Shown piece after piece: positions 40,506 through 50,824 of a stretch of DNA of 64,000 nucleotides (positions are counted from its first letter, which is position 1; each line of letters opens with the position of its first letter). Made by a program: the position numbers and the translations under genes. The notes under the pieces were generated by a model. The model saw nothing but the letters and a program-made list of their open reading frames with translations, made no database searches and was not told where the DNA came from. The stretch covers positions 1,629-65,628 of the forward strand of contig SHVU01000006.1 in the NCBI GenBank assembly GCA_009691105.1, read 5' to 3'. This DNA comes from Rhodospirillales bacterium (GTDB lineage: Bacteria > Pseudomonadota > Alphaproteobacteria > Rhodospirillales > SHVU01).

Positions 40506-41267
40506 ATGCCCCGCTATAAACTCACCATCGAATACGACGGCTCACCCTTCGTCGGCTGGCAACGCCAGGACAACGGGTTGTCCATCCAGGCCGTCATCGA
40601 AGACGCCGTCCAACGCCTGAGCGGCGCGGCGGCGACGGTCTTTGGGGCGGGGCGCACCGATGCCGGCGTCCATGCCCTCGGCCAAGTCGCCCACGTCGAT
40701 ATCGAGCGAGCCTTTCCCGCTGACACCGTCCGCGATGCGCTGAATTTCCACATGAAGCCGCATCCGGTGTCGATCCTCACCGTCGTCGAGGTCGGTCCCG
40801 ATTTTCACGCCAGGTTTTCGGCGCGTGAGCGGCGCTATCGCTATCGCATTCTGAATCGTCGCGCCCCGTCGGTCCTGCTGCGCGGTCGGGTCTGGTCGGT
40901 GACGGGTCCGCTCGATGTCGCGGCGATGGCCCAGGCGGCGGCGATACTGGTGGGCCACCACGACTTCACGACCTTCCGCTCGTCGGTGTGCCAAGCGGCG
41001 TCACCAATCAAGACGCTGGATGCACTGGATGTGCGTCGCGACGGCGAGGAGATCGTGATCGAGGCTCGGGCCCGATCGTTCCTCCACCATCAGATCCGCA
41101 ACTTCGCTGGGACTTTGAAGCTGGTCGGCGAGGGGAAATGGACCCCAGCCGATGTCGAGACGGCGCTGCAGGCCCGCGATCGGGCGCGTGGTGGGCCGAC
41201 CGCGCCGGCGGACGGGCTCTACTTTGTCGAGGTGGTCTATCCGGACGCGGCGACGCCGCCCGCGTAG
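40506..41267 (+). CDS. truA: tRNA pseudouridine(38-40) synthase TruA
   Basis: 253 aa. [19 protein letters not shown], catalytic [11 protein letters not shown], and RSFLHHQIR. Confidence 0.95.
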   Translation: MPRYKLTIEYDGSPFVGWQRQDNGLSIQAVIEDAVQRLSGAAATVFGAGRTDAGVHALGQVAHVDIERAFPADTVRDALNFHMKPHPVSILTVVEVGPDFHARFSARERRYRYRILNRRAPSVLLRGRVWSVTGPLDVAAMAQAAAILVGHHDFTTFRSSVCQAASPIKTLDALDVRRDGEEIVIEARARSFLHHQIRNFAGTLKLVGEGKWTPADVETALQARDRARGGPTAPADGLYFVEVVYPDAATPPA

Positions 41268-41275
41268 CGCTGGTC

Positions 41276-41848
41276 TTAGGCGTGAAGCCGGGCGATGACG
41301 CTCAGCTTGATCATCATCCCGACCAGGAAATCGACGCTGACGATTCCCGCCGCGACGACGCCGCTGATATCGAGGGCGCCGCGGACGACGAACCATGTGT
41401 AGGCAAGCACGTAGAGAAACGTGACGACGCCGAAGAAAGCCGCCGCCTCTTCGCCCATCATTCCGGCTACGAAGGCCAGGGCCACGCCGAGGTACAACGC
41501 ATACTGCGGAACCTGGCACCAGTTGTAGGCGCTGACGAACAGCAGGTAGCGGCGCTCGCGATCGATGATGCGCACGAGCCACGCCATCACCAGCGGAAAA
41601 GCCACCCAGGCGATGACATAGGCGATGCCTTCGATGATGGCGGCGCGCCATGGATCGACGGCCATGTCGCCCTCGGCGCGACGTGAGGCGACGAACAGCA
41701 CGTAGAACGGCGCGACCAGAGCCGCCGCGTAAAAGGACCGCATGGCGCCCTGCGAGGTATTCTCGAAGTGCGCGAGCCCGCCCTTGTCGAACCGCGCCAG
41801 CCGATAGGCGCCTTGGAGCGCTTTGGTTGCCTCGGGCATCGTCAGCAT
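41276..41848 (-). CDS. hypothetical integral membrane protein
   Basis: 190 aa with about 5 predicted TM helices. Start overlaps the dapE stop (7 nt overlap). No recognisable catalytic motif. Confidence 0.6.
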   Translation of the reverse strand: MLTMPEATKALQGAYRLARFDKGGLAHFENTSQGAMRSFYAAALVAPFYVLFVASRRAEGDMAVDPWRAAIIEGIAYVIAWVAFPLVMAWLVRIIDRERRYLLFVSAYNWCQVPQYALYLGVALAFVAGMMGEEAAAFFGVVTFLYVLAYTWFVVRGALDISGVVAAGIVSVDFLVGMMIKLSVIARLHA

Positions 41849-43002
41849 GGCGTTGCCGCGAAATAGCGATCGAGAACGGCTTCATAGATTCTGGCCAGAG
41901 CCTCGACGTCGGCGACGGCGACGTTCTCATTCGTCTGGTGCATGGTTTGCCCAACCATGCCGAAATCAAGGACCGGGCAGACATCTTTGATGAAGCGCGA
42001 GTCCGAGGTTCCGCCGGTGGTGCTGAGCTCGGGCGTTTTCCCGGTGACCTGTTGAATGGCCCCGGCGACGACCTCGCTCAAGCGGCCCGGTGGGGTCAGG
42101 AACGACTCGCCCGAGACCGCGATGTCGAGTTCGTAGCGACCGCCGACTGCGTCCAAGCGCTGACGAATCCATTTCGTCAGACTCGCCCCGCTGTGCATGT
42201 CGTTGAAGCGGATATTGAAGCCGGCGCGCGCCTTGGCCGGAATGACGTTGGTCGTAGCGTTGCCGACGTCGACCGTCGTGACGACAAGTGTCGAGGCTTG
42301 AAAATGCGCGTTGCCGCGATCCAACGGCTCGGCGCTGAGCGCCGTCAGCATGGCGAGAAGGCGCGGGATCGGATTGTCGGCGCGGTCCGGATAGGCGGCG
42401 TGACCTTGCGTGCCGATGACGGTGAGCTTGGCGTTCAAGCTGCCGCGGCGGCCGATCTTAATCATTTCGCCGAGTGTCGTCGGATTGGTCGGCTCGCCGG
42501 TGAGACAGGCATCGATGGTCTCGCCCTGGCGGCGCATCCATTCGAGAACCTTGGCGGTGCCGTTGATGCCCTGGCCTTCTTCATCGCCGGTAATCAAAAG
42601 GGTGATCGAGCCCGGGAAGTCGCGGCCGCGTTTCGCCGTGAAGCGTTCGGCGGCGACCGCAAAGCACGCCACGGCGGCTTTCATGTCCGAGGCACCGCGG
42701 CCATACAGTCGGCCGCCGTCGATGCGGGCCTCGAAGGGCGGGATCTTCCACCCGGCCGCATCGCCAACTGGAACGACGTCGGTATGTCCGGCAAAACAAA
42801 AATTGGGCGAAGCGGTGCCGAGGCGCGCGTAGAGATTATCGACCCGCGCCGCGCCTTCGCCGAACGGCACGCGATGACAGGAGAAGCCGAGACTCGTCAG
42901 CGTGGTCTGCAGAACGTCGAGGGCGCCGTCGTCGGTCGGCGTGACGCTTTGGCAGCGGATCAGCCGTCGGGCCAGTTCGACGGGGTCGATCGGCGCGGTC
43001 AA
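41842..43002 (-). CDS. dapE: succinyl-diaminopimelate desuccinylase
   Basis: 386 aa if started at TTG 43002 (TTGA overlap with the dapD stop). [21 protein letters not shown] and LITGDEEG motifs. The upstream part of ORF 41842..43668 overlaps dapD and is not coding. Confidence 0.9.
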   Translation of the reverse strand: MTAPIDPVELARRLIRCQSVTPTDDGALDVLQTTLTSLGFSCHRVPFGEGAARVDNLYARLGTASPNFCFAGHTDVVPVGDAAGWKIPPFEARIDGGRLYGRGASDMKAAVACFAVAAERFTAKRGRDFPGSITLLITGDEEGQGINGTAKVLEWMRRQGETIDACLTGEPTNPTTLGEMIKIGRRGSLNAKLTVIGTQGHAAYPDRADNPIPRLLAMLTALSAEPLDRGNAHFQASTLVVTTVDVGNATTNVIPAKARAGFNIRFNDMHSGASLTKWIRQRLDAVGGRYELDIAVSGESFLTPPGRLSEVVAGAIQQVTGKTPELSTTGGTSDSRFIKDVCPVLDFGMVGQTMHQTNENVAVADVEALARIYEAVLDRYFAATPC

Positions 43003-43841
43003 TCGCGGAGCAACTCGTTGATCGAGGTTCGGGCCCGTGTCTTCTCGTCGACCTGCTTGACGATGACGGCGCAGTAGAGGCCGGGGCCAGGTCGGCCGTC
43101 GGGCAGTGCCGCGCCGGGCAGTGTTCCCGGAACGACGACGGAATAGGCCGGCACGCGGCCCTGGTGAATTTTGCCGGTGGCGCGGTCGATGATTTTGGTC
43201 GAGGCCCCGATGTAGACGCCCATGGCGAGGACAGCGCCGGTCTCGACGATCACCCCCTCGGCGACCTCGGAGCGGGCGCCAACGAAGCAATTGTCTTCGA
43301 TGACGACCGGATTGGCTTGCAAGGGTTCGAGCACGCCGCCGATGCCGGCGCCGCCCGAGATATGGCAGTTCTTTCCGATCTGGGCGCAGCTTCCGACCGT
43401 CGCCCAAGTGTCGATCATCGTGCCTTGATCGACATAGGCGCCGACGTTGACGAAGCTCGGCATCAGGACGACGCCTGGTGCGATGAACGCGGAGCGCCGC
43501 ACGATACAATTCGGAACGGCGCGAAACCCGGCGCTGCGGAATTGGGCTTCGTTCCATCCGTCGAACTTCGACGCGACTTTGTCGAACCAGGCGCTCTTTC
43601 CGGGCCCGCCGGGAATTGGCGCCATGTCGTAGAGGCGGAACGACAGCAGCACGGCTTTCTTCAGCCACTGATTGACCTGCCAGGTGCCGCCGATTTTTTC
43701 GGCGACCCGGGCTTGGCCCGAATCGAGGCGGGTCAGAACGGTTTCGATCGCAGCCCGAACCGGGCCTTGGGTCGTGGGGCCGACATTATTGCGGTCGTCC
43801 CACGCGGCTTCGATCGTGTCGGGAAGCGCGGCGTCATTCAT
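42999..43841 (-). CDS. dapD: 2,3,4,5-tetrahydropyridine-2,6-dicarboxylate N-succinyltransferase
   Basis: 280 aa, with hexapeptide-repeat left-handed beta-helix sequence and a typical DapD N-terminus. Confidence 0.93.
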   Translation of the reverse strand: MNDAALPDTIEAAWDDRNNVGPTTQGPVRAAIETVLTRLDSGQARVAEKIGGTWQVNQWLKKAVLLSFRLYDMAPIPGGPGKSAWFDKVASKFDGWNEAQFRSAGFRAVPNCIVRRSAFIAPGVVLMPSFVNVGAYVDQGTMIDTWATVGSCAQIGKNCHISGGAGIGGVLEPLQANPVVIEDNCFVGARSEVAEGVIVETGAVLAMGVYIGASTKIIDRATGKIHQGRVPAYSVVVPGTLPGAALPDGRPGPGLYCAVIVKQVDEKTRARTSINELLRD

Positions 43842-43952
43842 GGGGATATCGTCCGAAAAAGGGCGGGATGGGGCGCGCCTCGGACAATGGTGGAGCCCCC
43901 GAAACCTGTCAACGGCGGGCCGCTCCGGCCGGTTTTGGAGCCCGCGTCGTCC

Positions 43953-44648
43953 CTAGTCGGGCTTGGTTACGGTCTCAAGCCAGACCGGCAGGTCGTCGAC
44001 GACATGATGGACGTGGGCGTCGCTCGCGCCCTCGTTACCCCAGTGTTCCGGGGCGCGGACCCAGACGGTCGCCATGCCCAGCGCCGCCGCCGGAGCCAGA
44101 TTGACAGCGATATCCTCGACCATCACGGCCTCGGCGGGCCGCACGTTAAAACGCTCAATAAGTTGATCGTAAACGGCCGGCTCGGGCTTCGGCCGATAGT
44201 TGGCGTCGGCGATATCGAAAACCGCCTCAAAATGATGGGCGACATCGAGTTTGGCGAGGACCCGGCGGGCATGGCCGAGATCGGCGTTGGTGAAGATGAT
44301 TTTCCGTCCCGACAGCCGGCTCAGCGCCTGGTCGAGTTGCTTGGCGGCTTGAAGACGGCTCAGGTCGATGTCGTGGACATAGTCGAGGAATGGGCCTGGC
44401 TCCATCTTGTGCTTGTCCATCAGGCCGCGCATCGACGTTCCGTACTCGCGAAAATACCGTTTCTGAAGGTCCCGCGCTTCGGTGGGTTCGATGGACAGGA
44501 ACCGGGCGATGTATTCGGTGATCCGCCGGTCGACCTCGGAGAACAGCTTGGTCGAGGCTGAATACAGGGTGTTGTCGAGATCGAAAATCCAGCATTCGCG
44601 CTGACACAGCGCGGCGCATTCGGAGCGGGACGGCGGGATACGAACCAT
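43953..44648 (-). CDS. pyrimidine 5'-nucleotidase (HAD superfamily)
   Basis: 231 aa. HAD motif I WIFDLDNTLY, then YFREYGTSMRGL and FTNAD... Confidence 0.88.
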   Translation of the reverse strand: MVRIPPSRSECAALCQRECWIFDLDNTLYSASTKLFSEVDRRITEYIARFLSIEPTEARDLQKRYFREYGTSMRGLMDKHKMEPGPFLDYVHDIDLSRLQAAKQLDQALSRLSGRKIIFTNADLGHARRVLAKLDVAHHFEAVFDIADANYRPKPEPAVYDQLIERFNVRPAEAVMVEDIAVNLAPAAALGMATVWVRAPEHWGNEGASDAHVHHVVDDLPVWLETVTKPD

Positions 44649-44821
44649 GGCGGTTGGTTAGGGCCTTCCGGCCCGCGATGCAAGCCCGAGATGGCGGGAA
44701 TCCGGGCTCAGCAATGCGTTTGCGGGACCTCTCCAATGTCACAAACAGACATAAAACGGTCGATCTCGATATTGTATGATCGGGTGGCGGGCGTAATAAT
44801 GACTGAAATCCTAGGAACGCT

Positions 44822-45391
44822 ATGAGCACTCCGCCGACAGCGGAGCCTGCCGCCACGCCACAACTGACTAAGATGCGACCCGAGCGTGATCGGTTCGTGG
44901 CTTTGGCGTTTTGCTGGGACGACGTCCTGATCGAACTCGATGCCGACGAGAACATTGTTTTCGCGGCGGGGCCGACCGTGCCCCTGGTCGATCGTCAGCC
45001 CAATCAGCTGATCGGCGCCAAGTTCAGCGAGATCGTCGCGGCCGCCGATAGAGCCTTGGCCGGAGAGCTTCTCGGCATCGCCCGCCGGCGCGGCCGGATC
45101 GAGAACGTGTCGGTGCGGTTCAAAGGCAAGAGCGGCACGACCGTGCCGCTCGGCTTCTCGGGCTACCGTCTGGACGACCTGAACCACCACTATTTCATGG
45201 CCATGCGGCTCGCCTCGGTGCGTGCCGCCGACGGCCAAGCCAATTTGAAGCGCGACGGCGAAAGCGGCCTGTACGACTCCGGGGCCTTCGCCAAGCTGGT
45301 CGAGCAGCGCGCCAAATCGGCCGGCGTCGTCGCCCGTTTTCGCCCCGCACTCGACGCGCGCTTGGCAGCGCCTCCGACCCCAGGCCGATGA
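44822..45391 (+). CDS. PAS-like domain protein ending at the very start of a GGDEF-like domain (probably 3'-truncated)
   Basis: 189 aa. ERDRFVALAFCWDDVLIELDADENIVFAAG is a PAS-like N-domain. RDGESGLYDSGAFAKLVEQ resembles the first helix of a (degenerate) GGDEF domain, but the rest is missing. ATGA overlap with the next gene. Confidence 0.6.
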   Translation: MSTPPTAEPAATPQLTKMRPERDRFVALAFCWDDVLIELDADENIVFAAGPTVPLVDRQPNQLIGAKFSEIVAAADRALAGELLGIARRRGRIENVSVRFKGKSGTTVPLGFSGYRLDDLNHHYFMAMRLASVRAADGQANLKRDGESGLYDSGAFAKLVEQRAKSAGVVARFRPALDARLAAPPTPGR

Positions 45392-46191
45392 TCCTGGACA
45401 CCCTCCGCCGGCAAGGTCGTTGCCCACGCCTCGTATGGATCTTCGGCGTGATGGTTGTCGTGGCGCTCGGCGTCGGACTTCTGCCGAAGATCCCGCAAGA
45501 TTCGGCCTATCACGCCTTTGCCGACACCAGTGTCTGGCAAGGCATCCCGCGAGCCGGCGATGTCGTGTCGAGTCTGGCGTTCGTGATGGTTGGGCTTCTA
45601 GGTATTCGCTTTGTCGCTAGCCTTCCGCCGATCAAGCCCGAAGAGGGATTGGCCTTTGCCATCGCAACGTTCACCTTTTTCTTCGGTCTCGCTCTGGTCG
45701 GGATCGCGTCGGCCTACTATCACCAAAACCCGTCGACCGAGCGCCTGTTCTGGGATCGCGCCGCGATGGGTATTCCGACTATGGCGTTGGTGTCGATCAT
45801 CATGATTGAACGGGTCGGTCGGCGTGCCGGAATCGTGATTCTTCCCGTGTTGCTTGCGCTGTCGGTGGCCGGCGCGTTGCATTGGGAATTCAGTGAGGCA
45901 GCGGAAGCGAGCGATCTACGTGTCTACGCGTTCACGCAGGGCGCGCCGGTGTTGGCGGCGCTCTTGATCGTGATGCTCTTTCCCGGACGCCATCGCGACA
46001 CGAATTTTTTCGCGATAACGATCGGATGTTACGGGGCGAGCCGCTTGTTCGAGATTTTCGACCACGAGGTCTTCGCGGCTCTTAGCCAAACGATCAGCGG
46101 TCATAGCCTAAAACACCTGACATTGGCGGTGGCCGCCTATACGGTGCTCCGCATGCTGCGCGAGCACCGCGCCCAGGAAGAGGCGCGATGA
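45388..46191 (+). CDS. ceramidase-like (alkaline ceramidase/PF05875-like) integral membrane protein
   Basis: 267 aa, 7 TM. AYHAFAD, ASAYYH, FWDR and a C-terminal GHSLKHL His motif, as in the bacterial ceramidase-domain family. Assigned from memory of the family pattern. Confidence 0.65.
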   Translation: MILDTLRRQGRCPRLVWIFGVMVVVALGVGLLPKIPQDSAYHAFADTSVWQGIPRAGDVVSSLAFVMVGLLGIRFVASLPPIKPEEGLAFAIATFTFFFGLALVGIASAYYHQNPSTERLFWDRAAMGIPTMALVSIIMIERVGRRAGIVILPVLLALSVAGALHWEFSEAAEASDLRVYAFTQGAPVLAALLIVMLFPGRHRDTNFFAITIGCYGASRLFEIFDHEVFAALSQTISGHSLKHLTLAVAAYTVLRMLREHRAQEEAR

Positions 46192-47486
46192 TTCAACCGG
46201 CAGCCCCCCGTCCCAATCAGTTTGCGTTGCTGGCGTCGCGACGGTTCCTACCGTTGTTCGTGACGCAGTTCTTCGGCGCCTTCAACGACAATGTCCTCAA
46301 GAACGCCTTGGTCGTTCTCGTGACGTATCGGTTGGCCGATGCCGCCGGAATTGACGCCGCGATGCTCGTCAATCTGGCGGGCGGCATTTTCATTCTGCCG
46401 TTCTTCTTGTTTTCGGCGACCGCGGGGCAGCTAGCCGACCGTCTCGAAAAATCCATTCTCATCCGTATCGTCAAGATTTCGGAGATCGGCATTGTCGCCG
46501 TTGCCGTTGCCGGTTTCGTCTCCGAGAGCCTGCCGCTGTTGCTCGTCGCGCTCTTTCTCATGGGAACGCATTCGACGTTCTTCGGCCCGTTGAAGTACGC
46601 GATCCTCCCGGATCATCTGGATCGCTCTGCGCTCATCGGAGCCACGGCTTTGATCGATGCCGGAACCTTCCTGGCGATTCTGTTCGGAACGATCTTGGGC
46701 GGCGTGTTGATTTTGGCTCAGGGCGGCGTCGCCTTGACGTCGACCGCGATGCTCGTCGTTGCCGGTCTTGGTCTTGCGACGTGTCTGTTCATTCCCAAAG
46801 CCGGACCAGCGGCACCAGACTTGCAGATCTCTCGGAACTTCGTTGCCGAGACGGGTCGGCTGGTGCGGTCGATGGCGATCAATCTCGGGGTCCGGCGAGC
46901 CATCTGGGGGATTTCGTGGTTTTGGACGGTCGGCGCGGTGTTGCTCGCTCAATTTACGCCGCTAGCCAAAAGCGTCCTCGGCGCCGACGAAACCGTGGTG
47001 GCGTTGTTTCTGACGACGTTCTCGATCGGAATCGGCGCCGGCTCGCTCACCGTCAATCGCCTGCTCAAGGGCGAGATCACGGATCGCTATGGGCCGATCG
47101 CCGCTGTGGGGATGGCGATTTTTGCGTTCGATCTGTATTTCGCGAGCAGCGCCGCGGCCCGTCCAGCGGGTGCCGCCTTCATCGGCTATGAAGCCTTCCT
47201 GGCTCAGCCGATGGGCTGGCGCATCGTGATCGACATGCTCGGAATTTCGACGGCTGGCGGGTTCTTCGCCGTGCCGCTCTACACCGTCCTCCAGACCGCC
47301 GCTGCGAAAGGGTTTCGCGCCCGGGCCGTCGCCGTCAACAATATCGTGAACGCGATGGCCATGGTGGTGTCGGCCCTGGCTTTGGCGGCGGCCTTTGGCC
47401 TCGGATGGATCGGCATCGTCGACGTCTTTCTTCTCGTCGCGCTGGGCAACATTGCGGTGGCGCTCTTTCTATATTGGCGGCGGTGA
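46188..47486 (+). CDS. MFS transporter, LplT (lysophospholipid transporter)-like
   Basis: 432 aa, 12 TM. N-terminal FLPLFVTQFFGAFNDNVLKNAL resembles the LplT/Aas-associated MFS signature. ATGA overlap upstream and TGATG overlap downstream. Confidence 0.75.
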   Translation: MIQPAAPRPNQFALLASRRFLPLFVTQFFGAFNDNVLKNALVVLVTYRLADAAGIDAAMLVNLAGGIFILPFFLFSATAGQLADRLEKSILIRIVKISEIGIVAVAVAGFVSESLPLLLVALFLMGTHSTFFGPLKYAILPDHLDRSALIGATALIDAGTFLAILFGTILGGVLILAQGGVALTSTAMLVVAGLGLATCLFIPKAGPAAPDLQISRNFVAETGRLVRSMAINLGVRRAIWGISWFWTVGAVLLAQFTPLAKSVLGADETVVALFLTTFSIGIGAGSLTVNRLLKGEITDRYGPIAAVGMAIFAFDLYFASSAAARPAGAAFIGYEAFLAQPMGWRIVIDMLGISTAGGFFAVPLYTVLQTAAAKGFRARAVAVNNIVNAMAMVVSALALAAAFGLGWIGIVDVFLLVALGNIAVALFLYWRR

Positions 47487-48474
47487 TGCCGGGCGGACGG
47501 CGCGCCGCTCTCGTCGCCGTTCTCTGTGTCATCGGTCTTGTCGTGTGCGCCGCGCCGGTGCGGTACGTCGCCTCGCCGAGCTTTGCGCCCGACGGTTCTG
47601 GGCTTGCCCTCAATCTTTGCGACAGCGACTAGGGATGCAAGATCGCGACCTTCGATCTGGCGTCGGCGCGGCTTCGCGAGTTCAAGCCGCCGTCGCGTAC
47701 CAGCTGGTTCGCGCCGGTCTATTCATCGGACGGAGCGCGACTTGCGTTTTCTGTCGCCACTGAAAATCGACCCTACGCCCAGCTCGCGATCATGAACGTC
47801 GATGGCAGCGGCTATCGCGTTCTGACCGAAGGCAATATCTGGCGCGGCTGGCCGTCGTTCTCGCCCGACGGTCGACGCCTAATCTATGCGCGTTCGACCA
47901 GTTTCTCGCGCCAGCGGCCGTATGGTCCTATCAACAGCCGTATTTATGAGATCGACATCGCCACGGGCGTCGAACGGCCGCTGACTCGTCCCGCCTTTTC
48001 CCGTCCGTCGCGTCCGTTCTATCTGCCGGACGGTCGACGTTTCATCTTCTCGTCGCCGCCGGCGTTCGATGCCACCGGCGACAACCGCCAGTTCAAGCAG
48101 CTCTACGGCGACAACACGATCTTCGTGATGGACGAAGCGAATAACCGCTTGGTGCCGGCCTTCACGCAAGGATCAGAATCGGCACGGCCGGCGATCTCGC
48201 GAGACGGTGCGCGGATTGTTTTCTTGGCCCCGACCAACGCCATCGACGGCGTCCACGGCTTCCTCAACTTCGATGTGTTCGTGCGCGAAGCCGACGCCAA
48301 CCGCCACATCACGCGGCTCAGCACGTTCATTTCGTATGTGGCGATGGCCCCCGACGGGACGCAGATCGTGATCATCGACGACAGGAAGCGGAACGGCGTC
48401 GACGTCTCTGGGTGATGAAGATCGACGGCTCGGATCTTCGCGAAATACGAATCCCCGACTGGACCCAGCCCTAG
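47486..48474 (+). pseudogene. periplasmic PD40/TolB-like beta-propeller repeat protein with in-frame TAG (47630..47632) and a 3' frameshift near 48400
   Basis: Signal-anchor MPGGRRAALVAVLCVIGLV...SPSFAPDGSGLALNLCDSD*GCKIATFDL...YSSDGARLAFS...MNVDGSGYRVLTEG... is all one frame across the TAG. ORF 47792..48415 ends in ...RNGVDVSG*, but a different frame (offset by two bases) reads LWVMKIDGSDLREIRIPDWTQP*, a canonical PD40 repeat. Confidence 0.8.
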
Positions 48475-48490
48475 GCGGGCGGGCCGTCGG

Positions 48491-50821
48491 CTAACGCGAG
48501 ACGGTCGGGGGCGGAACGAAGGACCCGACCGACGGCAGTGGTCCGCGAAACGGTTCGACTTGAACTAGCGTCGTCAGGGCGATGGGCCCTTGCCCGACTT
48601 TTGACGTGCCCTTGTCGGGCGTCAGAACGTTGGCGTTGCCGTGTTTGTCGAGCGTTCCCGGCTTGCCGCCTTCGGCCGGGTCGTACCAGGCCCCGGTCGC
48701 AAGCTGCACGACGCCGGAATCGACGCGGTCCGTCACGACGGCACCGGCAAGGCAAGCGCCGCGATCGTTGAAGACGCGGACGACCGAACCATCGGCGATG
48801 CCGCGGCTGGCGGCGTCGGCAGGATTCATCAGGATCGGTTCGCGGTCCTGCACTTTCGAGGCGCGGCTGACGCGGGCTTGATCCAACTGCGAATGCAAAC
48901 GGCCCGAGGGCTGGCTCGAAATCATGTGCAGCGGAAAACGCTTGGCCTGGGCCGAGCCGAGTCGTTCGCAGGGCTCAAGCCAGGCCGGGTGACCGAGGCA
49001 ATCGTCGTAGCCGAAGCTGGCAAGGCGTTCCGAGAAGATCTCGATCTTGCCCGACGGTGTCGTCAGGGCATGCGCCTCGGGATCGCGGCGGAAATCGGAA
49101 TAGATGACGACGTCGTCCTTGGGCGCCGGAAACTCGACATGCCCCTTGGCCCAGAATTCGTCGAAGGTCGGCATGACGAAGCCGGCCGCTTCGAGTTCCG
49201 GGAACTGAACGTTGGCGCGGCACCCTTCATAGATGTGCCGGATCCAGCCCATCTCGTCGCGGTCTTCGGTGAAGGCGCTGCGGAAGCCGAGGCGAGCGGC
49301 GAGATCGGCGAAGATATCGAAATCGTTACGAGCCTTGCCGACCGGATCGATGACTTTGTGCATCGCCGTGATGAAGCGATCCCGCGACGACGCGCCCAAG
49401 TCGTTGCGTTCTAGCGTCGTCGTCGACGGCAGGACGATGTCAGCGTGACGCGCCGTCGCCGTCCACCATGGCTCGTGCACGATGACGGTGTCGGGGCGCT
49501 GCCAAGCGCGCACCAACCGATTCAAATCCTGATGGTGGTGGAACGGATTGCCGCCCGCCCAGTAGACGAGCTTGATGTCGGGATAGGTGAGCTTGCTGCC
49601 GTTGAACTCGAGCGTCTCGCCGGGATGCAGCATCATATCGGAGATGCGGGCGACCGGAATCGCCAAGCCGACCGGATTGCGACCCTGCGGCATGTCGGGA
49701 ACGCGGACCGGAAGTCGGGCGTTGCCGATGCCGTGGATCGAACCGTAGCCGAACCCGAAGCCGCCGCCGGGCAAGCCGATCTGGCCCAACATCGCGGCCA
49801 GCGCGATGACGGCCCAATAAACCTGTTCGCCGTGATCGCCACGTTGCAGCGACCAGGTTGCGGTCACCATCGTCCGTTGGCCGGCCATGCGTCGGGCGAG
49901 GCCGACGATGGTCGCGGCCGGAACCGCGGTGATCTCTTCGGCCCAGGCGGCATCCTTGGGCGTGCCGTCGGTTTCGCCGCGGACGTAGCCGAGGAATTGA
50001 TCGAAGCCGGTGCAGTAGCGTTCCATGAAGCCGCGATCGGCCAAGCCCTCGCTGTCGAGGGTGTGGCACAGCGCCAGCAATAAGGCGGTGTCGGTGCTCG
50101 GGCGGATCGAGATGCGCTCGGCCTTGAGGACGGCCGGCGCGTCATCGGAGACCGGGCTGACGACGACGAATTTGACTCCGGCGTCGGCGGCGTGGCCGAG
50201 CCAGTACTGATAATTGTTGATCGCGAAACCGCCGGAGGATACCTGGCCGTTCTTCAGCGCGGCGCCGCCGAACATCACCATCAGCTTGGTGGCTTTCGCG
50301 ATGGACCGCCAATCGGTGACGCGGCCGTTGGTCGCATCAAAACTGCCGAGGATATGCGGCAAAAAGACCATCGCCGCACCCCAGCTGTAATTCGTCGTCT
50401 GGTCGGTGCAGCCGCCGTAACCGAACAGGAAGCGCCGCACGAGAGAGCGGGCATGATGGAAGCGTCCGGCGCTGGCCCATCCATAAGACCCGCCGAAAAT
50501 GGACGCATTGCCGTGCTTCGTCTTGACGCGTTTGAGTTCGGTCGCCACCAGATCGAGCGCTTCGTCCCACGACACCGGAACAAACGCTTCGCCACCGCGA
50601 CCTTCGCGGTTGGCGCCAGGACCTTTGCGCAGATAGCTCTGCCGAACCATCGGCTGATCGATGCGGCTCGGCGCGTAGGCGATGTCTTGCGTCGCCTCGA
50701 CCATCGGCAGAAGCCGCGTTTCGCGTTCGAATGGCTGGACGCCGACGAACCGCCCATCCTTCACTTCGGCGCGGAAGGCGCCCCAATGACTGGCGTGGCG
50801 GACGATCGTCGGGTTGGCCAT
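48491..50821 (-). CDS. molybdopterin guanine dinucleotide oxidoreductase, biotin/methionine sulfoxide reductase (BisC/TorZ-like), cytoplasmic
   Basis: 776 aa. SHWGAF...V.DGR..GV.PF start typical of BisC. No Tat signal. DMSO-reductase family length and motifs. Confidence 0.88.
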   Translation of the reverse strand: MANPTIVRHASHWGAFRAEVKDGRFVGVQPFERETRLLPMVEATQDIAYAPSRIDQPMVRQSYLRKGPGANREGRGGEAFVPVSWDEALDLVATELKRVKTKHGNASIFGGSYGWASAGRFHHARSLVRRFLFGYGGCTDQTTNYSWGAAMVFLPHILGSFDATNGRVTDWRSIAKATKLMVMFGGAALKNGQVSSGGFAINNYQYWLGHAADAGVKFVVVSPVSDDAPAVLKAERISIRPSTDTALLLALCHTLDSEGLADRGFMERYCTGFDQFLGYVRGETDGTPKDAAWAEEITAVPAATIVGLARRMAGQRTMVTATWSLQRGDHGEQVYWAVIALAAMLGQIGLPGGGFGFGYGSIHGIGNARLPVRVPDMPQGRNPVGLAIPVARISDMMLHPGETLEFNGSKLTYPDIKLVYWAGGNPFHHHQDLNRLVRAWQRPDTVIVHEPWWTATARHADIVLPSTTTLERNDLGASSRDRFITAMHKVIDPVGKARNDFDIFADLAARLGFRSAFTEDRDEMGWIRHIYEGCRANVQFPELEAAGFVMPTFDEFWAKGHVEFPAPKDDVVIYSDFRRDPEAHALTTPSGKIEIFSERLASFGYDDCLGHPAWLEPCERLGSAQAKRFPLHMISSQPSGRLHSQLDQARVSRASKVQDREPILMNPADAASRGIADGSVVRVFNDRGACLAGAVVTDRVDSGVVQLATGAWYDPAEGGKPGTLDKHGNANVLTPDKGTSKVGQGPIALTTLVQVEPFRGPLPSVGSFVPPPTVSR

Positions 50822-50824
50822 GGT

